Of a stretch of 28,912 nt of DNA, positions 1 through 11,810 are shown piece by piece. The stretch covers positions 5,204,784-5,233,695 of the forward strand of contig JBOZIK010000001.1 in the NCBI GenBank assembly GCA_051453625.1, in the 5' to 3' direction. The DNA is from Welwitschia mirabilis (taxonomy: Eukaryota). How positions within the stretch are numbered: position 1 is the stretch's first letter; every line of letters begins with the position of its first letter. Under the pieces are notes generated by a model, which worked only from the letters and a program-made list of their open reading frames with translations, made no database searches and had not been told where the DNA came from. Made by a program: the position numbers and the translations under genes.

Positions 1-49
1 CAAGGATGCTTAAATTTAAAAAAAAAACTTTTTCAATAAGAATTTTTCA

Positions 50-686
50 ATGAAATAAGAATGGATTAATGATTTAAGAAAACGGGGCCTTTTCTTATAA
101 GAAGAAATGAGAATGATGATCTTTTGTTATGCATCTATTTAGTTTGCACATCAGTAAAAATGGTTATTCTCTAAGGTTACTTCAAATGTAAGAAGTACCA
201 TGTAGAGGAAGATCTTCATAGTCATGCATAATGAAAAAATCAGAAAAAATATCTGAAGATGATAAATTAGAAAAGTTACTGTATTTCTTGTGAAGATGAA
301 GAATATGGTTAACATCACTTATTATTATATCTAGAGAATCTAATACAATTTGTTGTAGATAGTTCATTTTGTTGTTCTAATATCGAGGGTCATAGAAATT
401 TTTAACTCTTCATTTTAAGTTTTAATCTGTAGTAGTATAATGACTACTCTAACTAATAACATTAATTTTACTATGTTTATAAAAGTCCATTAAACATCCT
501 CTAGTGGTAATACTTGAAACAAAAATAAAGAACCACCTATAATTTGAAAAAAATGTTCTAATTTAATAACATATAAATTTGTTTCTTATATAAGATAAAG
601 GGAAATTAAGCATTGCTTCAAAAGATTTCAAATATGGGAAATTTTTTCACCATTTCTTAGGATCTACAATTCTAGAAAACTATCAT
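50..686 (-). pseudogene. L1 ORF2 APE-type endonuclease, disrupted
   Basis: From ATG at 686: MIVF*NCRS...LYLI*ETN (WNxRGL...QET); NFYDP (NxYGP); IIISDVNHIL (GDFN); DLPLHGTSYI*SN...LMCKLNRC (YTWSN...KLDR). Supplied ORF 182..367 is a piece of it. Confidence 0.88.
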
Positions 687-1790
687 AAAAAAGAGAGATG
701 AAATTGCTTATCATTTTGGAGATCCTCCCTTGTTTCTTTCTCTATTCTTCCCCTACACATATTAGCCAGAAATCTTTTCACTATAAAATTCTTTAGCAGG
801 GCTTTTATCTTGCTTACTTGTAATGCATATTCAATGTGCTTTTCATGTGAACTACTCATTTTTTTCATCTATGAGTGGGATCATAGGAAACTAATTAGGG
901 ATTTTTTCTTGGATTTTCTTATTAATGAGGATTCTTAGTTGCCTCTAAGACTTGCTATTCTAGCTTCTTTTCTAAGAGAATACCAAATTTATTTGCTTGA
1001 GTTATTAAGGAATTATTTGAAATAGATGTCAGATTTTTCTTGTTTTCTTTTTCTTCATCTTCTATCATTTGTATTTCCCCTTAGTATGCTCCTTTTTATC
1101 ATTATTTTCATTTTTCTTATAGTTTTTCACTGTGTGTCCATCTCCTCTACTTTTTGAACATTAGATGAGGATGTTTTTTATTTTCAAATTAAAAAGTTAT
1201 TCTCTCCATTATGTATTCAAGATTATCTTGCTAGCTTTAAATACTTTTAGATTCATACAAATACATATTCTTACTGATGTGATTCTTTTCATATAATTTG
1301 TACTCCTATCCAAATGGATGAATTTGCCCATCATATTTTTAAGTTACTTAAAGCAATCAGAGTGTTATGTTTCCAACTAATGGTTCAAGATATAAATTTA
1401 GACTAGTATCTTTTCAAAGATATTGATCTTGTCCAAGATAAAAGAAGACCACTTCATAAGGACTGATACTCATCAACCAAATAAATAAGGCCCTTCTAAG
1501 AATACCTTATTTATGTCTTCCTCTATTCAAAAAATGAAAATAAAGAAGATCATCAAAAAGAGAGATTTCCTTGGATTTGGATGGAAACTTTTGGTTATAC
1601 TAGAGTATGATTTTTTCAATCAATAGTAAACCTATAAATGACTAAAACTTTCTAATCAGGCTATTTTTGAAGTGAGCCTTAAGATTCCTGAAGTAACATT
1701 CTAGAATTTTTACCCTAATTATTAATTTCTTCTGCTAAAAACTAAAGTCTAAATTATAGAATATTTATTTCTTACTTCCATGTAATAAAT
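683..1790 (-). pseudogene. L1 ORF1 (DUF4283 plus zinc knuckle), disrupted
   Basis: About 1680-1265: FKNSLIRKF...EEDINKVFLEGPYLFG**VSVLMKW...ILV*IYILN...MGKFIHLDRSTNYMKRITSVRICI. About 1160-1120: CSKSRGDGHTVKNY, a decayed CX2CX4HX4C. Confidence 0.85.
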
Positions 1791-2399
1791 CTACACAGGT
1801 TTTGGATCCCCCTATAGATTCAGCTTTTATTATTCAAACGTTAGCCTACGCCTTTATAAGTTGTGTTCTATTGCCTATTGCTACTCCTTCTTCTTTTTTT
1901 GAGGCTATTACTAATTCTGCTACTATTACATTTGTTGTATTAGATGACTCAAAGCCACCAAACCCTATCTTTTTTAGTTTTTTATGTTGTGATTTACAAG
2001 TAAAAAGCCTCTTATAAGGGATAGGAAAATTGAAGTAAGGTTTGAATGCTCTTACTATGCACTTTTAGGTTTTCATAGTATTTACATCATCAAGAAGCTA
2101 CTAGACTAATGTAATTAGGATACACTTCACTAGCCCAATTAACTAAGAGGTAAAACCCTTGCTTATTTTAGGCTTCAACTACCCTCCTTCCAAATTTACT
2201 ATTACTCTTGTACTACTTGGCTATCAACTAAGTCCTTTTGAATCTAGGCCTAGAAAATAATTATGCATTAAGGATGCATTATTTAAGATGTAGTCTAACT
2301 ATGACATATGTTACCTCTATCTATAAAACCACCCTCCTATGACACCTGTGAACCCCAAGTCATAGCCTTCTTGTGACATCTTACCCCTGTATTATTATT

Positions 2400-3058
2400 G
2401 TTAGTATTACTAGATTATATTTTTTCTAAATTAATGGGATGTTAGAACTTGAATAGGAATTTAATATTAACCTCTTAAAACATTCAAAATATATAGCTAT
2501 TATGATATTAAAAATCTTGATACAAGGTTATAGAATTAGTTTAGCTAAAAAATTCTTGTAGAACAACTAAATTCTAAAGTAACGAGAGATATTTTTATGC
2601 ATTATTTATTATAGGATCCTTGGGTTGTATAAGATCACTCTCATAGTATTCACTCTATCCACTATTTATATACTATGTGAGGCCTAGCACAAAGGCCTAA
2701 ATTCAAAGGATGTGTTATGCAACAAACGAATTCTAAGGAGGAACTTATAAAACTACATAGGTATTCTATAACCAATGCTTTAATACCTAGAGAAGATAAT
2801 CAACCTCTAATTAAATTTTCACCACCCTAGGATGGATCTAAAAATTAAATTTTACAAAATAGAAGCCTTAATTATTAATCCTAGAAAAGAAGATTTATTA
2901 ATTCTTTAAAAAATAATTGTAATTATGTATCTAAATTACATAAGTAATGTAAGATCTAAAACACTTTTAAATGAATAAATGATGCCTTAAAATATTTGGT
3001 AGATCTTTAAGAATAATATGCTTTTAATTTGAATGAAATCCTTAAAAGGATATAAGAA
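2400..3058 (+). pseudogene. Probable L1 ORF2 3' fragment (end of zf-RVT plus RNase H-like domain)
   Basis: 2813-2853 reads, with frameshifts, KFSPP.GWI.KLNF (WxPPxxGWxKLNxD). It is followed by RRFINS and KTLLN/INDALK (AExxALxxG) and preceded by TM*GLAQRPKFKG (WxLWxxRNxxxF). Confidence 0.4.
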
Positions 3059-4500
3059 TATAACACCCTAACGTTAATTACCCCAATTAAGCATTATTTT
3101 TTTAATACATTGTTAACTATCATGAACAATGAAACCTAGGATCAATTCCTACTTAGGCCTATTAAAAATTATAAGATTTGAAATACTTATATAACATAAT
3201 TATTACTTAACCATAGGCCCTTTTTGTTTTCCTATAATAACAATATCAAAATTTTGTCCTATATCTATTCTTAACTTTTGTTTTTATCACGAAAAAATTT
3301 TGTATGAAGTGGATGGAATTTTAACTTTTTTTTTATTACAAACATGATGATAACACTCAAAAATTGAAACTAAGGCCTTGTTAGCAATTTTAATTAATCA
3401 TCATAATAGTTTTATGTATTTCTTTCGCTTAAGGTTATGGAAATCCTATTTTACTACTAGTATGCTTAAACACTATCATTTTGCATAATAAAAGTAACAT
3501 CATAAGCATCATGATAGGCAATAGAATTGGTTCCATGCATGGATGCACTTGTTTCTTAGAGTAAAAAAATACCATTCTTACATCCTAATGTTCTCTTAAC
3601 ACAAGAAATTCATTCCCATCATTTTTGAAAACATAAGATAAACGAGGAATATTTTCTAAGTAGAACTCCTCAATTTGGCCCCATGGTTAAAGAGTTATTT
3701 TATGTGCTTTGGGCATCCTTTAAAGATCTCATTAGGCCTTAGAAACCCTAATTGAAAACCATAGTCTATGTCTATAAATACGTTTCCTCACTTCAATTGA
3801 GGGGACTTACTTTCATTGTGATATTTCAAGAAAATTGAAGATTTAGTCATGAGTTCTTTCTAAGCCTACAATAGGGATGGCCTAGCTACCAAGCTAGCAT
3901 GATGATTCATGGTTTAGCATGAATAAATTTCCAAATTATATGCTTTACTTATTCTTATAATAAATTACTACATGTTCCTAGTGCACTACTTTGATATCAA
4001 GTTATGAATGTCACACTTGTTATACTTAGGATTGGCTCAGTCATGCTTTTACTTTAAGATCTAATTTGGTGATTTTTCTTTACCTTCTAACTAGCATAAC
4101 AAGAGTGTTTATTTGAGTGATTTAGAAGTCCTTATTTTTCATGCTTATTTTATTCTTGTTGTGAAGACTAGGTGGCTTAGTTATATCATCCTCATACCTA
4201 TGATGAATATGATTATGTCTTTGTGCTTGAGCTTGAACTAATGAAATACTCATGATCATAGTGGATTATATCATTATGAATGGGTTGGAAGTAAAGCTAC
4301 ATATTTTTGTTTTAGGTGCTTATGCTATTCCATGAAGTTATTATATTAGTTTGAATGCTATATCCCATTCCTAGATCTCTAATACCATTTCACTCTCTAC
4401 TCTTTACTTTTATGCTTGTTTTACTAATAGATCTTGTTATCTATCTCTAAGGAAGAAAGACATTGGGACTGTATTATAAATAAAAGGCCTATTACATTTG
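3059..4500 (+). mobile_element. Putative decayed LTR (Tekay/Del-like)
   Basis: Starts TATAACACCC (cf. TGTAACACCC terminus) where the LINE-like frame ends. CTATAAATA at about 3772; possible end GGCCTATTACA at about 4486-4496. No coding motifs recognised. No TSD confirmed. Confidence 0.35.
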
Positions 4501-6539
4501 ATAAAAGTTGTATTTGATTATATAAGATTTGTATTTCTAAGGTGATCTAACAAATTACTATATATTAATAATAGATACAAGTGTAGCCAAATTTAACCAT
4601 GAACACATGGATAAGTTTTAGAACAGTGCCTAATTAAGATAATGAAAGGTTGTAACTTATATTAATTACATTTCAACTCAATATCTAGCCACCCTCTAGA
4701 TGTGAGTTGGTTTTACTTCATGTTCTAAACTATACAAGTATGGCTGGGCTCAACTCCATACACTCAGACTTCACCTCAATATACCTCTAATATAAGTGAC
4801 AAATGGTGCATGAGGGTGGATGCATGTTAGAAATAACCCTCAGTTTCTTAAAGTATTTTAGGATGGTGTAACATAATCCTTTGAAACCAAGAGCTTGAGA
4901 TATTAATACGGAATAGGTTCACACATAGGTAGGACAAGAGAGTGATGATTAAATCCACTTTTAGAAGGGTTTATAAATAGAAGTATAATGTAACCCATAT
5001 TGCTAATGAAACTTAAGTATGAAGATAAATAATTATTTAGATTATCTTGATTTAATTAAATGAATACAGCATCCAAATGTAAACATACAATTAAGAGGAT
5101 ATTAGTGGATTGTTTACCTGATAGAAATAATTCTAATCATCATTAGGTTTATTTTATGAAAACAATCATATAAAAGAAAAATAGGGTATATAAGCATCAT
5201 TCTAATTTTTTATAGCAAAAAAAAAATAATACATTTGTGAAGCATAATAATAAAGATAAATGAAATAAACGTCCCTTTATTTTTTTACATTATAATAAGT
5301 CTTTTCCAACTGAGGCATATTAGTACATCCAAGTTCTATTATAGAGATATTGTTTATTTATGGAACTAAACCAACTTCTAAATCCTCTTTGTAAATTTTA
5401 AGTATCTATATCAAAATAAAGTTAAGTAAGATATATATATTTTTATCGAAAAAATCATTAATAAAACTAAGAGGTTAGGCTACACATCTTTAGAATTATT
5501 AAGTAGACAAACCTAATGTTTATGCTTGAAATGGAAGAATAGGCCTAAATATTAATAAGTAGTATATAAAAATAATAAAAAACAAATTTATATTAACTAG
5601 TAATCATACGTAGTGTTTTAAATAATTTAATAGTTATATTAAATAAATTTATATAATTCTTAAAATTATTTACAAGTTTTCTTAGCTTTTAAAAGGCATT
5701 AAAATCAAAAACTCCTAAATAATTACTAAAAAATGTAAAAATAAATATAAACTTACTTTTCTTAAAGTAGCCTCATCATATTATCCTTAAAAATTATATT
5801 CATTAAATTTAAATTAGTATACATACATTGTATAGGATTAAAATTTAACTATAAAAGCTACCTAAATTTTGGAATTTCTAGAATAACACCTTATCCTAAA
5901 ATGGTTATAATGTTTAATTACTTAGTATTTTTAAATGAATAAATACTTGCTAGAAATATTTTTGAATTCTCTATAATTTTGACTACTTTAGTTTTACCCA
6001 CAACTATTTAGTAACTCTAAAAACTAAGACTTTTTGCTTACTAGTTTTGCTTGTAAATTTTGAATTATTTCTATAAAATAAATATTAAAAATTTATTTAC
6101 TCTTAGAAAAATTACTATACTAAAATTTTTAAATTCCTAACATGATTCTAAACTTACATAAATTTTTTTATAAATATTTACTTAGTATTGAATGAGTTAT
6201 ATCTTTCTTAAGTTCTACTTCACTTTTGAGAAAAAGTAAACTTTAACTAAACTAAGTATAATGGAACTAATACTTACTTATAGAAATTAAATATTATAAC
6301 TTAATTTAAAATTCAACAATATAAAACTAATTTACAATAATAAATAATGTAATAAATACCATGAGCCTTAGGATTTTCTAAGAAGGACTATCTAGCCTAA
6401 ATGGATTTTGAGGATCAGAATAATTCACCCTTTCACAAACTCTAATGCTATAAAGAATCTAAAATGCATTTTAAAAATAAGATAATGCAAAACAACATGG
6501 GTACCCAGAAATATAGTGAACCCTCTAGTTACTTAGCCA

Positions 6540-6712
6540 AAATATCCATTGGTGACTCCCTCAACTAAGCATGTAAAGATATCTCTTAAATCTCTTTCTT
6601 ATCTTAGTATCAGCCAATCGGAAGGAAAATATCCATTAGTAGTTCCATCAGCTAAGAATTTAAAGAGATCCCTCAAATATATCCATCATCTTAATCTCAT
6701 ATAATGGAAGGG
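6540..6712. repeat. Two diverged tandem units of about 87 bp
   Basis: AATATCCATT...GGAAGG units start at 6541 and 6628. Copy 2 of the large repeat has one unit (about 28545-28627). Confidence 0.75.
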
Positions 6713-6855
6713 TAAACATCAATACTATATTCATCCTATAATCATATGCATAGACCTAATGCAAGAAATACTAGCATGGAGCTAAAATTCTTATGAAAGA
6801 AGAACATACTTGGAGGGCAAAATATTGATGATCCTTGAAAAAGATTTGCTAAAGT

Positions 6856-6940
6856 TCTAAGCCTCAAGATCCTAGATCTAAGATTTCAAGATCTAAGCTC
6901 TAAGATTTAAACTCCAAGCTTCAAAATCCAAGCTCCAACT
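6856..6940. repeat. Degenerate 7-bp tandem array (TCyAAGm)
   Basis: tctaagc ctcaaga tcctaga tctaaga tttcaaga tctaagc tctaaga tttaaac tccaagc ttcaaaa tccaagc. A shorter version is at about 28778-28828. Confidence 0.75.
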
Positions 6941-7126
6941 TCATAGTCAAGAAGATGAAAAATTGAGAAGAAATTTTGATAGCATAAACTTGCTTAAAGA
7001 ATATTGGCTTGGTAAGAAAGAAGAGGGCTATACTTATAGATAAATGATACACCAAATATTCTTGATATAATTGGTTAAATACCACCCATACATTTTATTC
7101 ATAAGGTAAAGAAATCTCTTTTAGTT

Positions 7127-7330
7127 GATAATATTGATTAATAATAAGTCGGATGGGCTTGTCTAAAAGTACTATGGACATATGAATGAAAAATAATAAT
7201 ATTGATCAATGACAAGTTAGATGAGCTTTCATAAGAGCAATATTAACATATGAATGATAATTGATAAGATTGATCAATGAAAAGTTATAAGAAATTATGT
7301 AAAAAGTAAAAGTAATGTGTGAATGACAAG
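7127..7330. repeat. Three diverged tandem units with a 68-bp period
   Basis: rATAAkATTGATyAAT...TGAATGA units start at 7127, 7195 and 7263. Confidence 0.8.
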
Positions 7331-7654
7331 AAAATCTTATTTATGTCTCATGTGCTTATTTAGTTCTTCATAATCTCATAATTAATCTAAAACATAATTT
7401 AAAAAATGTATAAAATGAATTGGATGAACAAATGCATCAATTTCAAAATTGTCATGTGGTACAACATCAAAAATAATATTTTATGCATAAAGTACTTTCA
7501 CAAAAATCAATAAGGATAAAAGTCATGATAGAATAAATTCTACTAATTTATTATTTTGGTTTATGAATAAGATTGCATGTCTTTATTTACATGTTTACAC
7601 TCTTCATGACTTATCACATTAACACCATAAATTACAAGAAAGAAATGTCATAAG

Positions 7655-7722
7655 AAAAATGTCATAATTGAATGTAAGGAAATGTCATAGTCGAATATAA
7701 GAAATTATCATAGTTGAACATA
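7655..7722. repeat. Three tandem units with a 23-bp period
   Basis: TrTCATArTyGAA cores at 7660, 7683 and 7706, plus a partial core at about 7646. Confidence 0.75.
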
Positions 7723-7888
7723 GTACTCTTACTTTTTATCTACTTGTTATTCTGTCCTTTTAGCAAGTAATTTTAGTTTTTTCTTTATTTTTAAATTTGA
7801 ATAAGACATGAATAAATGATTAAAATAAAGATGTTACATGTCATTTTTGTAGACATTTGATTATTATTTTACACCTTCATATGAATGT

Positions 7889-7988
7889 NNNNNNNNNNNN
7901 NNNNNNNNNNNNNNNNNNNNNNNNNNNNNNNNNNNNNNNNNNNNNNNNNNNNNNNNNNNNNNNNNNNNNNNNNNNNNNNNNNNNNNNN
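7889..7988. other. Assembly gap (100 N) with near-identical flanks
   Basis: 100 N. 7800-7886 is repeated at 7989-8075 with two substitutions near the end. Confidence 0.97.
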
Positions 7989-8675
7989 AATAAGACATGA
8001 ATAAATGATTAAAATAAAGATGTTACATGTCATTTTTGTAGACATTTGATTATTATTTTACACTTTCATGTGAATTCTCCAATTTAACTATTTAATCATG
8101 TAAATGACATGTCTTATCATAAATAGGTTTATTTAGTATTAATAGTTGGATATCCTTAGGTTATTAATTTATTTTCATATAAAATTTTCATGATTATCAT
8201 TATTATTTAAATAATAAAATTATTCAAAACTAAGATTAATTAATTAAGTGATCTTATGAGTACCTATAATTAAAAATATATCTTTAATATAAAAGATATA
8301 ATACATTATTAATTGTAACGCTATACATTCATTTTCATAAGCCTTAAATTCTTTTTAAAAAAAAAAGATTTTCATTAAAATTTGATATCAAAATATATTA
8401 CATAATTTAAAGACTCTGGCAATCATATCATTATGTTTATTAATTAAATATTACAAAATGTGAGGTATAATAGAGAACCTATATCCAAATGTTTTGAGCT
8501 ATAAAGTAATTAAAGAAGTAATATTGGAAACTATCTTCATTGTTACAAAAAGTGGAGTTATCAATTGCAAATTTGATATGGAGAAGTATTCTACCAATAG
8601 ATAAACCTTAATTAACGAAAATACCACAAAAATTAGTATTATTTTGATAAGGCAAGTATTTTGTAGATGCTTTGA

Positions 8676-8688
8676 GCTCTTGATACCA
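8676..8688 (-). promoter_or_regulatory. Putative tRNA-iMet primer-binding site of an LTR retrotransposon
   Basis: Plus strand GCTCTTGATACCA is minus strand TGGTATCAAGAGC (canonical TGGTATCAGAGC plus 1 nt). It is followed on plus by ATTAACGCTC, resembling a decayed TGTAACGCCC LTR terminus. Confidence 0.5.
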
Positions 8689-9339
8689 ATTAACGCTCTT
8701 ATTTTAAGGTATGGTATTATTATTACAATGATTCTTAATGGATATCTCTTACCAAAGCATGTGATAAGATTAGTTTTGCTCCAAAAAATAAAATTATTTA
8801 CCATCTTTTTATTGAATTTAGTTTAAAAGTAAGATTTAACTAGCTTAAACATGAGCTACATTAGAAATGTAGAAAATAAAAATCCATGATTTTTTCCTTT
8901 TTTTTAGGGGCAGAGGTTGAATTATCATAGAGATGTTAAAATTTTTTTCATAAAATCCATTGATTATTTAAGTAAATATGTAAAAGAAAGACCACATCCC
9001 TATTAAATCAATGATTTATCAACTGAGTCTTTAATAAGTAATTGAAGTGTCATTTAATAATAGCATCATGGAATTACATTTTATAACATGCAAAAATGGA
9101 TATAAATTTTTTTCAAATAATCTTCTTATAAATCAATTTCGATGTACTCAAAACTCTATATGAGATAATAAATCCTTTAATCGTAATAACCTAGAAAATA
9201 AACCATTTTATAAGATAAACCTCTTTCTAGCTTGATCTATTTTTTGAATAAGTAGTTTTTAACTATTTAAATACTAAATCATATTACCATCCTATAAAAT
9301 TAAAAAAACCTGTATAACCATTTCCTTGGTTAAGTTATA

Positions 9340-9860
9340 AATCCTTCATAAAAATTTATGAGATCATTTCCTATTACTGTCACCTAATCATATGAGATTC
9401 AAAGTAACAATTTACTTGTAACTTAAAGCAGTAAGATCCAAACAAAAGGAATAGAAGATATAAGTAGAAAACAAAATACTTTTACATATTAAATAATTCA
9501 TATTCACTATGAACTTTATATCTTTCCATTTTATCTACATTATAAGATGATTTATTAAAAATAAAGTCCCACAGTTTCTTAGAAGTTTCTTCAAAATAAA
9601 GGACAATTCTAAGGATTTTGATCACCATATCATCTTGAATAATTTTCCATTATTTAGAGAGAAGCCATGTATAGTTTTTAAGTGGAAAAACTAATTACTA
9701 AAGACGTTTCCAAAGTTAATCTTAAAATTAAAGAGATAAATAACAAAAATTAATTCAAGAGAATAGTTACTTAATTATAGCTTAAAATTTCTTAATAAAA
9801 AAAGAATTAATTTGTAAATTTCACATTAGTAAGATGCTTTGGATCTTTACCAATATGAAT
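9340..9860 (-). pseudogene. L1 ORF2 C-terminal (zf-RVT) fragment
   Basis: About 9715-9560: LWKRL**LVFPLKNYTWLLSK*WKIIQDD...EETSKKLW, with NCPL in the adjacent frame (WKxIWxLxxPxK..WLL...CPLC...EET). NDLI.F (RNxxIF) at about 9360-9372. Confidence 0.55.
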
Positions 9861-9983
9861 ACCATAAATGACATTATTCTACTTATCATTTTGAATATCA
9901 TAACAAAAAAATTCTGTTACAATGATAAAATAATAGAAATCCAAAGGACATACTCACCTTATATATTTTTTAATAGAAAGTAT

Positions 9984-10052
9984 AACTAACATCTCTCATA
10001 GTGGATATAGATTTTTCAAGAGGAAAATTAGAACTAACACCTCTCATAGTGG
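9984..10052. repeat. 21-bp direct repeat, 48-bp period
   Basis: AACTAACAyCTCTCATAGTGG at 9984-10004 and 10032-10052. Confidence 0.8.
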
Positions 10053-10849
10053 TATCATAAACATTTTCAGTCTTAGACAAATAATTTATCATATGAATGA
10101 CAAACCTTTTGAAATGCAATATTTTCTATGCAAGCCAAGATAAATTTTTATTCAATTTTAGTATAATATTTTACATAAGCAAATCTAAAAAAAGTCATGT
10201 CTTAATTAGCATTGAAAACAAGTGTGAAAATTTAATTTGTTTCATGAGTAACAAAAGAAATGGAAAAGCAACCAAAGCGTCAATTGAATTTAATTTATTA
10301 TCTAGTAAAGAATTATCAATGATTAAAAATAATTATAAATAACTATTTCATATCAATATGAAATGTTTCTTATATAAGTTACTCTTTTTAGAAGGAAAAT
10401 TCTTCATCTATACTATGTTTCACAGAGTAAAAAAGATTGCATCTCTTTTTTATCAAATGAAATATGGCATTCATGTTTTATTGATCAATTTAATAATTGA
10501 TAAGTCAATTTAGTTAACTAGCTAGTACTCTCTTTCCAATTTATTATGGTTCTACTTATGCTTATTTTAGCAATTTTTGATTCATCTGAATCATTGAATC
10601 ATCCTTTAATTTTGGTTTTTTTCTTTATTATATTCATCATCTTTAAAACTATTTTTCCTTTAGTTTTTATTTATGAATTAGTAGGATATTAACAATTTAA
10701 AACTTCATTTCTTCTAGTTTAAATATCTTATTTCATAAGGTATTTTATTTTGATGGCTAGCGTTTTCATTTGACTTTAATACTTTAACTTAAACTTGTTT
10801 CATCTTATCTAAAAATTATTTCTTTTTATTACTTCATCTTATTTTAATA

Positions 10850-11810
10850 ACATTTTTTAATTATTTATTTTGTATTAGGGCTTGTTTTTTCAATTGGATG
10901 AAGTTATTGAAAACAAACATAAATACTTTACATAACTTCATTGCTTTCATTACTTTAGTATGAAAAGAAGAATATTTATAAGGCAAAATTTGTTATTCAT
11001 TAATATATGAAATTTTTTTCTAATATTTAAAGGATCTTTCAACTTGACTTTTAGGTATTTTTCACTTTTAATATAGTTAGTAGCTTTTTCAATATCCTAC
11101 TCTCATTAGTTATGTTGTGTTTCCTTTACAATTTCTAGTTTACAACATGTTACTTACTTGGGTACTTGTCTTGATTTCTAATAAATCTCTTTAAGTTGTT
11201 TTTCCAATTATTCATTTTAATCATGAAGCTAATTAATGTTGTTCTATGCCTCGTTAAGATTTTTTACTTATTTTATTAATCCTTCAAAATCTATGACTTC
11301 TTTCATTCAAGCTAATCAACCTAATGTTTTGTTTCATAACCTGTTTTCATAATTATTTATAGTTTTATTTTAGCATGATTAGTTTTACTTTATACTATTT
11401 GTATACATAATAAATTTTTATTTTATATTTTTTAAAATTTTAAAATAATTTCATCTAAAATTTTTACTTTTTTTAACCTTATTTAATTCTTCCTAAGCTT
11501 TTTATACTACTATTGAAAAACTCTCATATTATATTTTTAAAGTTTTTCCTTGATAGTTTACTCTATTTTTAGCATTTTAATCCTCTAGGCATATACATTT
11601 TACCTAGACTTCTTTAGTAGTAAGCATTTCCAAAATTGTATTATTGTTAGTTAGCTCGTCTTTATTGTTCTCTTTAATCCAAAAATGCACTAATTTTTGT
11701 AATGCTTATTGTTTCCATTTTCAGCATGTATTTCTACTACTTTGGTATAGATTATTGGGTTTTTTTTTAAGATCCTTGGGGAATGGGTTTACTATGATTT
11801 TAGTAAAATA
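10850..11810 (-). pseudogene. Degenerate Ty3/gypsy (Tat-like) gag remnant(s)
   Basis: FTKIIVNPFPKDLK (about 11808-11765; PFTxxIxxxPxPxxFK); RVNYQGKTLKI*YESF (about 11565-11518); RHRTT...NNLKRFIR (about 11252-11175); AMKLCKVF...NNFIQLKK (about 10945-10885). Confidence 0.45.

Larger units (their letters stand above)
50..1790 (-). mobile_element. Degenerate plant L1-type LINE, 5' part (ORF1 plus ORF2 endonuclease); probably continues past the left edge
   Basis: Colinear minus-strand remnants of DUF4283, a CCHC knuckle and an APE endonuclease in the canonical L1 order. Confidence 0.9.
4590..7040 (-). repeat. Copy 1 of a ~2.4 kb diverged direct repeat (LTR-like, with adjacent decayed ORF)
   Basis: Colinear blocks shared with 26490-28912: CATGGATAAGTTT, CTTCACCTCAATATACCT, AAATCCACTTyTAGAAGGGT, TAATTCTAATCATCATTAGGTTTATTTTAT, ATGAGCCTTAGGATTT, TTTGAGGATCAGA, TAGTGAACCC...GTTACTTAGCCA. 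A purine tract followed by a reversed TATA (CTTATAG, about 7033) suggests a minus-oriented LTR. Confidence 0.85.

Noticed and set aside
495..530. Plus-strand HPLVVILETKIK, resembling an endonuclease ETK motif and suggesting a local inversion
   Set aside because: The minus strand already gives a complete colinear endonuclease N-terminus with its own QET motif; coincidence.
2880..3020. Possible gypsy or caulimovirus RT-RNase H tether (NTFK*INDALKYL)
   Set aside because: No upstream RT motifs; the flanking motifs fit an L1 RNase H better.
7127..7722. Short periodic repeats, and the 21-bp pair at 9984-10052, as CRISPR-like arrays
   Set aside because: Only two or three diverged units, whole-unit similarity rather than unique spacers, no cas genes, and a eukaryotic TE context.
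10050..10060. TGGTATCATAA as a plus-strand PBS
   Set aside because: Only 8 nt match, and no LTR or gag support.
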